Shown here piece by piece: positions 9,679 to 19,113 of a stretch of DNA of 43,321 nucleotides. Position numbers and translations under genes: made by a program. Within the stretch, counting starts at the first letter, position 1; each line of letters starts with the position of its first letter. Location of the stretch: positions 1 to 43,321 of the forward strand of contig JASFEO010000010.1 in the NCBI GenBank assembly GCA_050124795.1, written 5' to 3'. The notes beneath the pieces were generated by a model that was not told the origin of the DNA, ran no database searches, and was given only the letters and a program-made list of their open reading frames with translations. This DNA is from Candidatus Pacearchaeota archaeon. Its GTDB lineage: Archaea > Nanobdellota > Nanobdellia > Pacearchaeales > GW2011-AR1.

Positions 9679-11420
9679 GCCCAGGTCACCTCCCTTGCTT
9701 TTGGAACAAATGTCGGGTCGCCCAAAAGAGTGTATTGTCTTCTGACTTCATAATTATAGTCTGCTCTGTTAATTAAATTTGTTGCCATTGTGCCAAGGTC
9801 TAATCTGCTCACACCTGTTAATTCCTGTATCGCCCACATTTCCCAGTTATAGCCGTTTGTCGAGGGAATCGAAGCATGATAAGAAATTCCTCCTCTTCTA
9901 ATCCAGGTCGGACCGAATGTTTCTTCAAGTCCGCTCCAGAAATTATTAGTCTGGCATGCAAGGCTTAAAGTATAAGGCAGGTCAAGCCATGGAATATCTA
10001 AGGAAACTATTGTGCCCGCCCACGACGTCGGAGAGCCATGATCTGCAAAAGAAATAAATTGCTTGCCCTGATAATCTTCATCCTGGATATTTGTGTAGAC
10101 ATCACATTCAGGTTGTGATGCCGCGCCATTCCAGGTGAAACAAATTGAGTCATAACCTGATGCTGAAGTATTTGTTTTAATTGTCTGGGAATTTATCTGG
10201 TCCTGTCCAAAGTTTGGGGCGGCTATTGACATTCCTGTATAGTTTCCTTCTTCGTTATAAATATTGTCGATTAAGTCGTCATAAAATAATACTCTCGCAA
10301 TATAAGAAGATGTTCCGCTTAAAGTTATTGAATAAATTCTCCCAACTTTTAAGTCAGGTTCATCGTCGTCGATAGAGCCGTATAGCCAGTCAGCTGAGCC
10401 GTTTCCTGAATTCCCGCAGTCATGCCAATAAGAGATTCCTTTTGGAGAAGCAACAATTGTAAGATAGCCAGGAGTTTCGTCGAATAAATCAGAAATTTTA
10501 TTTTCTATAAAAGAATCTGCCTCGACAAAATCATTATTGCTGACCCCGGAGTAAGGTCCGCATTCAATTCCGCTTAAGTTCATTCCTAGAATAACTTCGT
10601 GCCTTGCGCTTGCAAGAATCGGAGAGGCCATTGAAAGTGCCAGGAAAGTTTGATTTATCTGGTCTGCTGATTTTTCAGGCTGGAAGTTCTCGATAATTTC
10701 TGTTTCTGAATCATTTACATTTACAAAGATAATTTTATCTGTGTTTGTTTCCTGTATATATTTTTCCTGCAATCCCTCAAGGTCATAAGTATGTGAACAT
10801 GTTCCGTATTCAGGGTCAACATCTCCGACACAAGTGACTCTTCTTCCTGTGAAAACAAATCCTGTATCATGCTCTCCTTTTATAATCAAGGGTGCATTAA
10901 TTAGTGAAGCATAAGTGGAAGCAAGAAGCGCGAGTTCGTATTTATCCTCGACATAAACAATGTCTTTAATGGCATCCCAGTAAGAAAGATAATCACCTGT
11001 TGTAATTGATTGTATTTGGGCAGGGTTTAACCCTGCACCAAGAGTTAAAGGAGAGGTTAAAAGATTTGTTAGTTCCAAAGGAATAGCCCCAACGACAATC
11101 ACCCTGTCAGGGGAATATTTTTGCAAAAAGTGGATTATTGAATCCGCATCAAAGCCAGGATTTTCTTCGTGGAAAATTAAAGTTGGATATTTGTAAACAG
11201 AGCTGTCAGTCCATGTTGAAACCGGGACAAGCCCCATGACCGCTTTCCAGTCTTTGTCAGAAATTAAGAAAACCTGTTTTTCAGTATATTTGCTAAAGTC
11301 CCTGTCGTTTTCAAAAATAAAAGCCCGAACAATAATCAAGATTAAAATTATTATGGCGATAATTAAAAGCATTATAATCAATGCAAAAATATTATTTACT
11401 TTTTTAAGATCAAATGCCAT
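9675..11420 (-). CDS. Membrane-anchored peptidase C25 (gingipain-like) family protein
   Basis: DLKVGRI, FADHGS (His), SLACQT (Cys), YTLLGDP; N-terminal TM helix. Confidence 0.8.
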   Translation of the reverse strand: MAFDLKKVNNIFALIIMLLIIAIIILILIIVRAFIFENDRDFSKYTEKQVFLISDKDWKAVMGLVPVSTWTDSSVYKYPTLIFHEENPGFDADSIIHFLQKYSPDRVIVVGAIPLELTNLLTSPLTLGAGLNPAQIQSITTGDYLSYWDAIKDIVYVEDKYELALLASTYASLINAPLIIKGEHDTGFVFTGRRVTCVGDVDPEYGTCSHTYDLEGLQEKYIQETNTDKIIFVNVNDSETEIIENFQPEKSADQINQTFLALSMASPILASARHEVILGMNLSGIECGPYSGVSNNDFVEADSFIENKISDLFDETPGYLTIVASPKGISYWHDCGNSGNGSADWLYGSIDDDEPDLKVGRIYSITLSGTSSYIARVLFYDDLIDNIYNEEGNYTGMSIAAPNFGQDQINSQTIKTNTSASGYDSICFTWNGAASQPECDVYTNIQDEDYQGKQFISFADHGSPTSWAGTIVSLDIPWLDLPYTLSLACQTNNFWSGLEETFGPTWIRRGGISYHASIPSTNGYNWEMWAIQELTGVSRLDLGTMATNLINRADYNYEVRRQYTLLGDPTFVPKAREVTWA

Positions 11421-11522
11421 TCTACACCTCGTTGTATTAAAAGTTTTAAGTTATATAAATTTAATTTTGATTTTTGAAAGAAATAAATTGGGGATTGTTT
11501 AATCTTGAAATTTTTAATTAAT

Positions 11523-11530
11523 TTTATAAA
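11523..11530 (+). promoter_or_regulatory. TATA box of the Thr-rich leader ORF
   Basis: TTTATAAA 21 nt before ATG 11552, the same spacing as at genes 532 and 1929. Confidence 0.7.
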
Positions 11531-11551
11531 CCCTGTTTTCTTAATTAATTT

Positions 11552-11599
11552 ATGACTTATACTTTTTTAACTAAAACTACGAAGACCACCAAAGCGTGA
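11552..11599 (+). CDS. Putative thrS leader peptide MTYTFLTKTTKTTKA
   Basis: 15-codon ORF with 7 Thr codons (ACT x4, ACG, ACC x2), ending 85 nt upstream of thrS; own TATA box. Confidence 0.8.
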   Translation: MTYTFLTKTTKTTKA

Positions 11600-11655
11600 G
11601 CTCTTCATTTCTTTAAATGATTAGCAAAAAATATTTACAACTAATGAGAATTAAA

Positions 11656-11674
11656 TTTATAAAACGTAAAGGAG
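11656..11674 (+). promoter_or_regulatory. Second TATA box and SD-like site for thrS
   Basis: TTTATAAA at 11656-11663 (21 nt before ATG 11685) and AAGGAG at 11669-11674. Confidence 0.55.
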
Positions 11675-11684
11675 TTAAATAAAT

Positions 11685-13421
11685 ATGAAAATTTTATGTT
11701 TGCATGTGGATTATGTAAAATTCAGGGCTTTGAAAAAAGCTTTAAAGAAAACAAAAGATTTAAATGAGGACGAGAAAAAAGAAAAACAAGTAAAAGATGC
11801 GCTTGTTGTTATGACTGCGGTTGAAAAGGGAGAGAGTAATGTTGGCATTGCAGTTGAGAAATTAATTAATGAAATTAAAAATATTGCAGAACAGGTTAAT
11901 GCAAAGAATGTTGTTTTATATCCTTATGCGCATTTGTCAAAAAATTTGTCAAGTCCTGAAACTGCAATTAAAGTTTTAGAGGAAGCTGAAAAAAAGTTGA
12001 AAAAAGATTTCAAAGTTTTGCGGGCGCCTTTTGGATATTATAAAGAATTTGAAATGAAAGTCAAGGGTCATCCCTTAAGTGAATTATCGAGGGAAATTGA
12101 AGTTTCAGGAAATGAAGTTGAAGAGGAATATACTAAAGAAGACCATGAAAGACTAATTAAGAGATTATCCAAGGTTAAAATGTCCACTCAAAAAGCTCCG
12201 GGTGGGATGAAAACAAATATTGAATTGGGGCGGGATTTGGATTTGTATATAATCAGCGAGGTTGTTGGTCCGGGTTTGCCTTTGTTCACTCCAAAGGGTG
12301 CGACAATCAAACGAGAGTTAGAAAGATTTGCAATTGATGAAGAACTTAAAAGAGGTTATTTGCATACGGACACTCCAATTATTGCAAAAAGTGATTTGTA
12401 TAAAATTTCCGGGCACTGGCAGCATTTTAAAAATGACATGTTTGTCTTAGATGTTAATGGCGAGAAATTTGCATTAAGACCTATGACTTGCCCTTTTCAG
12501 TTTGTTTTGTATAAAAGAAAACCAAGGAGTTTTAAGGAACTTCCATTGAAGTACGCAGAGATTGCGAATTTATTTAGAAAGGAAAAATCAGGAGAGCTTC
12601 GTGGGTTGACAAGGGTTTGGCAGTTTAAGCTTGCAGATGCCCATCTTATTTGCACGCCCGAACAGCTTGAAGGAGAGTTTGAAGGAGTGCTGGACTTAAT
12701 AAAATATTGCATGGAAAAAGTTGGGTTAAATGAGAATGATTTTTGGTATAGGTTTTCAAAGTGGGATCCGAATGATAAAAAAGAAAAATATATTCAGAAT
12801 CCAAAAGCATGGAGGAGTTCTGAAGCAATGATGAAGAAAATTCTGGATAAATTAAGATTAAAATATGTTGAGGCAAAAGGAGAAGCGGCTTTTTATGGAC
12901 CCAAACTGGATGTTCAATACAAGGATGTTTTCGGAAAGGAGGACACAATGTTCACAATTCAAATTGATTTTGCGCTTCCTGAAAAATACGACATGACTTA
13001 CAGGGACAAGGACAATAAAGACAAAAGACCAATGATTATCCACAGGTCATCTATTGGAGCTCCGGAAAGATTGATCGCATGTTTGCTTGAAAAAAATCAG
13101 GGGAATTTAAAGACATGGCTTTCTCCTGTGCAAGTTAAGATTCTTCCAATGACTAATAAAAATCTAGAATATGCAAAAAAAGTTTTTTCAAAATTAAAAG
13201 AAAATAATATACGTGTTGAAATAAATGAAAGAAACGAATCTATTGGAAAAAGAGTTAGAGATACTTTAGTTCAAAAAGTCCCTTACATAATAACTGTCGG
13301 AGACAAAGAAGAAAAAGATAAAAGTTTGGCAATCCGAGTTCGAGGGGATAAAAAGTTAATTAACAAAGGAGTTGATGATTTTGTTGAAGAATTGAAAAAG
13401 GAAATTAGTGAGAGATTATAA
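11685..13421 (+). CDS. thrS: Threonine--tRNA ligase with archaeal-type N-terminal editing domain
   Basis: YPYAHLS and RAPFGYYKEF...KGHPLSELSR editing domain; LRPMTCP, FRKEKSGELRGLTRV, GEAAFYGPKLD, MIIHRS core. Confidence 0.97.
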   Translation: MKILCLHVDYVKFRALKKALKKTKDLNEDEKKEKQVKDALVVMTAVEKGESNVGIAVEKLINEIKNIAEQVNAKNVVLYPYAHLSKNLSSPETAIKVLEEAEKKLKKDFKVLRAPFGYYKEFEMKVKGHPLSELSREIEVSGNEVEEEYTKEDHERLIKRLSKVKMSTQKAPGGMKTNIELGRDLDLYIISEVVGPGLPLFTPKGATIKRELERFAIDEELKRGYLHTDTPIIAKSDLYKISGHWQHFKNDMFVLDVNGEKFALRPMTCPFQFVLYKRKPRSFKELPLKYAEIANLFRKEKSGELRGLTRVWQFKLADAHLICTPEQLEGEFEGVLDLIKYCMEKVGLNENDFWYRFSKWDPNDKKEKYIQNPKAWRSSEAMMKKILDKLRLKYVEAKGEAAFYGPKLDVQYKDVFGKEDTMFTIQIDFALPEKYDMTYRDKDNKDKRPMIIHRSSIGAPERLIACLLEKNQGNLKTWLSPVQVKILPMTNKNLEYAKKVFSKLKENNIRVEINERNESIGKRVRDTLVQKVPYIITVGDKEEKDKSLAIRVRGDKKLINKGVDDFVEELKKEISERL

Positions 13422-13465
13422 TCAATTATAACAATCTTTAAAAATGATTGAAAAATTAGAATTCT

Positions 13466-13930
13466 ATGACAAATCCAAAAATAGCTAAAGAAATTTATAA
13501 TAGGCTTGAGGGGAGAAAAATTCCTGAAGATCCTGTTGAGTTTCAGAGATTAGCCTTGGGCAGCAAAAGAATCCGAAAGTTAGATAATTTAACCGGAAAG
13601 ATCAACGATAAAGCATCTGCAGGATATAGAGAACTTGATTTTTTATTAGAAGATTATTGCTCTTCGTGCAACCTTGAAGAAAACTGCGATTGGAATAAAC
13701 AAGTCAGAATGGCTGCAGGAGAGAATTATCCTTTTTGGTTAAAAAACTGGCCGGTTGTTGAATTTCCCCTTTATTCTGATGAACCTTATTTTATGAACGG
13801 AAAAACTGTTATGTGCACGCATTATCAATCAGATAAATTAAATCAGGAGAGCGTTGAAATCTCCGAGCAGCCTCTTTTAAAATTAACCGAAATAATTGAA
13901 GAGAAACAAAAGAATCTTAAAAAAGCATAA
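13466..13930 (+). CDS. Hypothetical protein, possible Cys metal-binding motif
   Basis: CSSCNLEENC...C pattern; own TATA-like element. Confidence 0.65.
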   Translation: MTNPKIAKEIYNRLEGRKIPEDPVEFQRLALGSKRIRKLDNLTGKINDKASAGYRELDFLLEDYCSSCNLEENCDWNKQVRMAAGENYPFWLKNWPVVEFPLYSDEPYFMNGKTVMCTHYQSDKLNQESVEISEQPLLKLTEIIEEKQKNLKKA

Positions 13931-14236
13931 TCATACATGAAACTGGTCAATTGAATATCTCAAAATTTTCTCCAAGACATTTAAATCATCAATAACGGGA
14001 AATCTGTAAATTTCTGTTTTGCCGAAATAATGCTCATGATTTGATTTTTGAAGCGACACAACAATATCATAGCATTCAGGATTATATCTCTCAGCTTCTT
14101 TTTTTGCAAACAAATCATAAAAAATAATATCTGGTTCTTCATTTGTTCCGTCGTTATACATTTCGTGAGACAAAAGAATCCTCTTTCCTTCTAACAACGG
14201 AATTAATAATTTCTTTAGCTTTGGTATCTTTTGCAT
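13931..14236 (-). CDS. Hypothetical protein
   Basis: ORF from ATG 14236 (MQKIPK...), convergent and abutting with the preceding gene. Confidence 0.6.
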   Translation of the reverse strand: MQKIPKLKKLLIPLLEGKRILLSHEMYNDGTNEEPDIIFYDLFAKKEAERYNPECYDIVVSLQKSNHEHYFGKTEIYRFPVIDDLNVLEKILRYSIDQFHV

Positions 14237-14324
14237 GTTTAGAAAATTAAATTTTACTTTAAAAGAATTTATATTCTTGGGAAAACAACTAAAAATATTT
14301 ATAATCATTTTTCTTAAAATTAAA

Positions 14325-14585
14325 ATGATTGAATACGAAACAAGAGTTAATGGAAGATTTGTTAGTGTTATGCAAATAATAAACAGAGACACTTTGACTA
14401 TGGAAGAAGGAATATTCCCTTATGAAGTCAGCGCAGTTGGGTTTGACATAAGAAATAAACCCTATGCATTTAATTTTACTGTTTTTTATGATTCCAATAA
14501 CGGGGAGAAAAAACTTGAAGCAATTGCTGCAGAAGAAGTTTCCAAAAGATTAAAAAGAAGAGAAAAGAGATATAAAAGAAAATGA
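14325..14585 (+). CDS. Hypothetical protein
   Basis: ORF from ATG 14325 (MIEYETRV...), ATGA overlap with next gene. Confidence 0.6.
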   Translation: MIEYETRVNGRFVSVMQIINRDTLTMEEGIFPYEVSAVGFDIRNKPYAFNFTVFYDSNNGEKKLEAIAAEEVSKRLKRREKRYKRK

Positions 14586-15094
14586 ACCTGCAATTTTATT
14601 TAGAAAAACTTTTTACATCATTAGAATTTGAAGAATTTAGACGAGAAAATCCTGATTCATATTTTGCGTCCGGGTTTGTTGTTATTGATAAAGAGGGCAA
14701 AGAAAAAGACAAAGTTCATATTGATTATTTTATTGAGTCAACTAAAAAGATGTTTAGTTTTCAGTTGGAAAACGATTGCGAGAAAGTTCCAATCGAACAA
14801 ATGCCTGAAATTGCGCCAATAAAAATAAATGATAATGTTGATTTTGATTTTTCAAAAATTGAAGAAATGATTCTTGAAAAGATGGAAAATGAGAATGTCA
14901 AAAGTAAAGTTCAAAGAATTTTATTATCTTTGCAAAATAAAGACAAAAAGAATTTTTTAATTGGGACAGTTTTTATTTCTAATCTTGCAATGCTTAAAAT
15001 TACAATTGATTTGGAGGAAGAGAAAATAATTGATTTTGAAAAAAAGAGTTTTATGGATATGTTTAAAGTGCTTCGCAAGGGAGATAGAAAATGA
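14582..15094 (+). CDS. Hypothetical protein
   Basis: 170-aa ORF, translationally coupled on both sides. Confidence 0.75.
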   Translation: MNLQFYLEKLFTSLEFEEFRRENPDSYFASGFVVIDKEGKEKDKVHIDYFIESTKKMFSFQLENDCEKVPIEQMPEIAPIKINDNVDFDFSKIEEMILEKMENENVKSKVQRILLSLQNKDKKNFLIGTVFISNLAMLKITIDLEEEKIIDFEKKSFMDMFKVLRKGDRK

Positions 15095-15210
15095 AAATTA
15101 ATTGGAAAAAGGTTTTTGTTTGGATGGTTATTTTATTGTTTATCGGAACAATTATCGCAGTTGCATTAATTAATATTGACAAGATTTTTATTTTGAATAA
15201 AACTCCTTAG
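15091..15210 (+). CDS. Small single-TM membrane peptide (39 aa), not in ORF track
   Basis: MKINWKKVFVWMVILLFIGTIIAVALINIDKIFILNKTP; ATGA overlap; GGGAG SD-like site. Confidence 0.65.
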   Translation: MKINWKKVFVWMVILLFIGTIIAVALINIDKIFILNKTP

Positions 15211-15244
15211 AAGAATTTTTAAAACAATTTCTTCTTCTTAATTT

Positions 15245-16081
15245 ATGCATGATGAAAAATATTATCTTGATAAATTAAAAGTTTTATTAGGAAGAAGTGT
15301 TAAGAAATTAATTGATGGAAAAAATCCTGCTGATGTTGCAGTTGCTTTGTCAGGTGGAATTGACAGCACAATTATTGCAAAAGTTTTGAAAAATCATGGA
15401 GTGAATAAAGCCTATGTTATTGGTGTTGAAGGTTGTCATGATTTGTTAGCAGCAGAACAGGTTGCAGAAGAACTTGGTTCGGATTTGAAAAAAATTATTT
15501 TAAGTGAAAAAGATGTTGAAGAGAATTTGCTTATTCAGGCGAGGATATTAAAAAAATTATATGAAGAAAATGAGGAGAAGATAAAGCCTGAAACTCCAAA
15601 GACAAAATTGAATCCTGTTTCTGTGTCATCAAACTTTATGCTTTTTTTTGTTGAAAAATTCGCAAAGGAGAAATATATTTTTTCAGGTCTTGGGGCAGAC
15701 ACTCTTCTTGCTGGTTTTGCAAAGTATTTTAAATTAAATGAAAGTGAAGCAATTAAGCAGGTGAAAAAAGAGTCAAGGAAATTACTTAGGTTTGATTATT
15801 TAGAGGATGTTGCAACTGCTAAGTTTTTTGGTAAAAAGATTTTAATGCCGTTTTTAGAAAAAGAAGTTTCAGAGTTTTGCATTGATATTCCTTACAAATT
15901 AAAATTCAATAAAAGAAGAAAATATATTTTAAGAAAACTTGGTCTTGAACTGGGGTTAAGTGAGGAAGCTTCATTTAGAAAAAAGAAGTCTGCACAATAT
16001 GGAACAGGAATTATGAAATTAATGAAGAGGGTTGCAAAAAAGAACAACATGCACATAAGTGATTATGTTCAGACTTGTTAG
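15245..16081 (+). CDS. Asparagine synthase C-terminal (PP-loop ATP pyrophosphatase) domain protein lacking the glutaminase domain
   Basis: VALSGGIDST, FSGLGADTLLAGF, MPFL, RKKKSAQYGTG. Confidence 0.85.
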   Translation: MHDEKYYLDKLKVLLGRSVKKLIDGKNPADVAVALSGGIDSTIIAKVLKNHGVNKAYVIGVEGCHDLLAAEQVAEELGSDLKKIILSEKDVEENLLIQARILKKLYEENEEKIKPETPKTKLNPVSVSSNFMLFFVEKFAKEKYIFSGLGADTLLAGFAKYFKLNESEAIKQVKKESRKLLRFDYLEDVATAKFFGKKILMPFLEKEVSEFCIDIPYKLKFNKRRKYILRKLGLELGLSEEASFRKKKSAQYGTGIMKLMKRVAKKNNMHISDYVQTC

Positions 16082-16678
16082 TTATTTCTCAACAATAAAA
16101 CTTATATTCACTTCGCTGTTTAATTTTTTTATAATTTTAAAACCTGTTTTTTTAAATAAGCCATGAATTTCGTCTTCATCAAATAAGTAATAATATCTTT
16201 TTCCTTTGTCCTGCCAATTAACAAAAATTTCCTTTTTTCTTTTAATAAATCTTTTTGAATTTTTATTCCAGACTGAGACAAAAACTCTTCCGCCTTTTTT
16301 TAAAACTCGATAAACTTCACAAACTGCTTTTTCTCTTTTCTTAGAATCAGGAATGCAATAAAGAACATGTGTGAAAATTACTGAATCAAAAAATTCATTT
16401 TCAAACGGCAAATCATCTGCATCATTAACAAAGAATTTTATTTTTTTTATTTCTAATTTTTTTGCTTTTTCTTTTGCGAACTTAATCATTTCAGATGAAA
16501 AGTCTGAAGCAAAAATTTCAGCATTTGTATATGTAAAATTGCGGCCTGCGCCGCAACCTAGGTCAAGCAACCTGCCGGTTTGGGATTTTATGAATTCTGT
16601 GTTTTTAATAGAAGAGGAATTTTTGAATTTGTGCCATTCTTTTGCTATGTTGTTCCAGACTTGTTTTTGTGTGGGCAT
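16082..16678 (-). CDS. Class I SAM-dependent methyltransferase
   Basis: LLDLGCGAGRN, DADDLPFENEFFDSV, RVLKKGG. Confidence 0.9.
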   Translation of the reverse strand: MPTQKQVWNNIAKEWHKFKNSSSIKNTEFIKSQTGRLLDLGCGAGRNFTYTNAEIFASDFSSEMIKFAKEKAKKLEIKKIKFFVNDADDLPFENEFFDSVIFTHVLYCIPDSKKREKAVCEVYRVLKKGGRVFVSVWNKNSKRFIKRKKEIFVNWQDKGKRYYYLFDEDEIHGLFKKTGFKIIKKLNSEVNISFIVEK

Positions 16679-16964
16679 GGATAAGGAAGATAGAGAAGAG
16701 TTTTAAGATTTTCGTGGGTTTGGGTTCTTTAGAATCAATAGAAAATAAATGAGTCCATAAACAAACTAAAAAATATAATTTACGTCCAAAATTAAGGTTT
16801 TAAATTTTTTAATTTTTTTATCGTCATAAAAATGTGTTTCCAAAATGAACCTTTTTTTTATTTAATTGCGCGCAAAAGAAAGATTTTGTTTCAAAAACTA
16901 AAGACAGAAAAAATGTTTTTGTTAAAAGTAAAATTGATTTAAAGAAGTTAGATAATTTTTTCAA

Positions 16965-17144
16965 CTAATTAACAGCCTCATCAATAGCAGTTGCATAAAC
17001 AGTGTCTATATCAAAAAATAATCCTGCTTCAATCCCTTTTGAAGCATTATGAATTTCATCTTCATTTAATCTTCTTCCTATTCTTATCATTGCTTCATTT
17101 TGCAAATCTTCAACACAAACAGAAAAAATTATTCTTTCATCCAT
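16965..17144 (-). CDS. Small acidic hypothetical protein (59 aa), not in ORF track
   Basis: MDERIIFSVCVEDLQNEAMIRIGRRLNEDEIHNASKGIEAGLFFDIDTVYATAIDEAVN. Confidence 0.65.
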   Translation of the reverse strand: MDERIIFSVCVEDLQNEAMIRIGRRLNEDEIHNASKGIEAGLFFDIDTVYATAIDEAVN

Positions 17145-17229
17145 ATTCTTGATTGTCCCTGTTGATTATATAATTTTATTAAAACTTTAAAATAATAAAA
17201 ACCATTTTAACCCTCGCGACAGCGTCGTT

Positions 17230-18510
17230 TTACTCCCCTTCAAATTCCACAAGTGAAAAAACAGGATACTTAGAAATTTTTTCTTTTCCTTTCAAATCAG
17301 GCAAATCAACAATAAATGCAAATTCAACAATTTCTCCTCCGAGTTTTTCAACTAAATTTCCTGCTGCCTTTGCTGTTCCTCCTGTTGCAATCAAATCATC
17401 AAAAATTAAAACTTTTTGTCCTGGATGAATTGCATCTTTGTGAATTTCAATTGAGTCTGTTCCATATTCTAAATCATATTCCTCTCCTAAAGTCTCAAAT
17501 GGCAGTTTTCCTTTTTTTCTAATTGGAATAAAACCAATTCCAAGTTCATGCGCTAAAATGCTCCCCATTATAAAACCGCGGGATTCAATTCCTGCAACTA
17601 AATCAATTCCTTTGTTTTTATAACGGTTCACGAAAATTTCTATTGCCTTGTCCATTGCCTCTTTGTCTTTTAATAAAGTTGTAATGTCCCGGAACATGAC
17701 TCCTTCTTTTGGCCAGTTTGGCACAGTTCGAATTGAATTTTTAATTTCAAGTTTTTCTGCATCCCCACTAAAAGACTCAATAACATTTATTAGAACTTTT
17801 TTCACGCCCTCGGCATTATCATTAAAAACTTTTAAAATCTGCTCCCATGTCACAGGTTCTGTTGCAGGTCTCCAGCAGTCGTAATCAGTCGGCATTGCAA
17901 TAACTGCATAAGGAATTTCTGCTTCATTTGCTAAAATCGCCTCAGGCGCTGTGGACATATTTACCACATCTGCTCCCCAGGTTTGAAACATTCTGCTCTC
18001 TGCAATAGTTGAAAATCTCGCGCCCTCGATAGTTATTATAGTTCCCCTAAAATGATATTTGTAATCCAAATCCCTGCAGCTCTGAGCCAATCTCTTTCTA
18101 AGTTCCCTTGAAAACGGCCAACTCATTCCAGTATGCTTTGCATTTTTTGGTTCGAAAGTTTTGTAAAAAGAAATATCACGATGCCGTGTAAAATCAATAA
18201 ACTGATCCAATATTACAAATTCCCCTGGCTTTATGTTTTCTTTTAATGAGCCGCACGCAGTAGTTGCTAAAATATATTCACATCCTGATTTCTTTAATGC
18301 AAAAATATTTGCCTTGTTATTAACATAAGTCGGAGGGATTGTGTGCTGTCTGCCATGACGCGAAATAAAAACAACATCAATTCCTTTTATCTTCCCAGTT
18401 ATTAATTTTGACGACGGCATTCCAAAAGGCGTATCAACTTCAACTTCCTTATAATCTTCAATTAATTTCGGATCATCAAGACCAGAACCTCCAATAATAC
18501 CTATTTTCAT
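17230..18510 (-). CDS. mtnP-apt: Fused S-methyl-5'-thioadenosine phosphorylase / adenine phosphoribosyltransferase
   Basis: [29 protein letters not shown] (MTAP); [25 protein letters not shown] (APRT); start moved to ATG 18510. Confidence 0.92.
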   Translation of the reverse strand: MKIGIIGGSGLDDPKLIEDYKEVEVDTPFGMPSSKLITGKIKGIDVVFISRHGRQHTIPPTYVNNKANIFALKKSGCEYILATTACGSLKENIKPGEFVILDQFIDFTRHRDISFYKTFEPKNAKHTGMSWPFSRELRKRLAQSCRDLDYKYHFRGTIITIEGARFSTIAESRMFQTWGADVVNMSTAPEAILANEAEIPYAVIAMPTDYDCWRPATEPVTWEQILKVFNDNAEGVKKVLINVIESFSGDAEKLEIKNSIRTVPNWPKEGVMFRDITTLLKDKEAMDKAIEIFVNRYKNKGIDLVAGIESRGFIMGSILAHELGIGFIPIRKKGKLPFETLGEEYDLEYGTDSIEIHKDAIHPGQKVLIFDDLIATGGTAKAAGNLVEKLGGEIVEFAFIVDLPDLKGKEKISKYPVFSLVEFEGE

Positions 18511-18531
18511 GAAAAGAAAATTGAAAAGTGT

Positions 18532-18578
18532 TTTATAAGGATTATTGTGATGCAAAGAAACTTTGCAATTAAACATAA
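18532..18578 (-). repeat. Intergenic repeat copy 1 (hairpin + TATA)
   Basis: TTTATAAGGATTATTGTGATGCAAAGAAACTTTGCAATTAAACATAA. Confidence 0.95.
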
Positions 18579-19045
18579 CGGATACTTGCAGAAGGTCCGA
18601 AATATAACTGAAGTTTATTCTCATTGTATGGAACTTGAATTAAATCTCTTTCTATATCAGAAACATATTCAGGAACACTTATTTCTAAAGGTCCAAATTT
18701 CAATAAACCCTCAAGGGAATTAAATAACTCTCTCTGTTTTTTAGGAAGAGCTTTTTTCTCTTCATATGGAATAAATAATCCCTTGCTTGTTTCTATCCAG
18801 ATGTCTGGGAAATTTTTAATTCTCAAATGAGTGTGAATATATTCACCTTCTGCAAATTTTTTTAGATCATAACTTTCATTAGGATGCCCGGGAACTTTTT
18901 TAGGATATTTAAAATCAACTCTAAATCTTTTTCTTGGAAGACCTGTTCTTTTTTCAAGTTTTTCTGCTGTTTTCCCAGCTTGCGCCAAAGTGATTATATA
19001 TTTAGGAATCCGACCTGAAGCAATATCAAATTCTTTTAAAGTCAT
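18569..19045 (-). CDS. Hypothetical protein between repeat copies
   Basis: 158-aa ORF; its stop codon lies inside repeat copy 1. Confidence 0.7.
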   Translation of the reverse strand: MTLKEFDIASGRIPKYIITLAQAGKTAEKLEKRTGLPRKRFRVDFKYPKKVPGHPNESYDLKKFAEGEYIHTHLRIKNFPDIWIETSKGLFIPYEEKKALPKKQRELFNSLEGLLKFGPLEISVPEYVSDIERDLIQVPYNENKLQLYFGPSASIRYV

Positions 19046-19066
19046 AATTATAAATTATAAAATGTA

Positions 19067-19113
19067 TTTATAAGGATTATTGTGATGCAAAGAAACCTTG
19101 CAATTAAACATAA
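19067..19113 (-). repeat. Intergenic repeat copy 2
   Basis: 46/47 identical to copy 1. Confidence 0.95.

Noticed and set aside
11500-11684. T-box riboswitch upstream of thrS (and of serS)
   Set aside because: The regions are too short and AT-rich, with no UGGNACC T-box motif or stem I
16680-16964. Long intergenic gap as a gene or ncRNA
   Set aside because: Only very short ORFs and no convincing structure seen
18511-18624. N-terminal ORF-track extension of MTAP-APRT (similar extensions for dnaG, kae1, SET and DUF58)
   Set aside because: The extensions cross promoter or repeat DNA; downstream ATGs match the domain starts and promoter/SD positions
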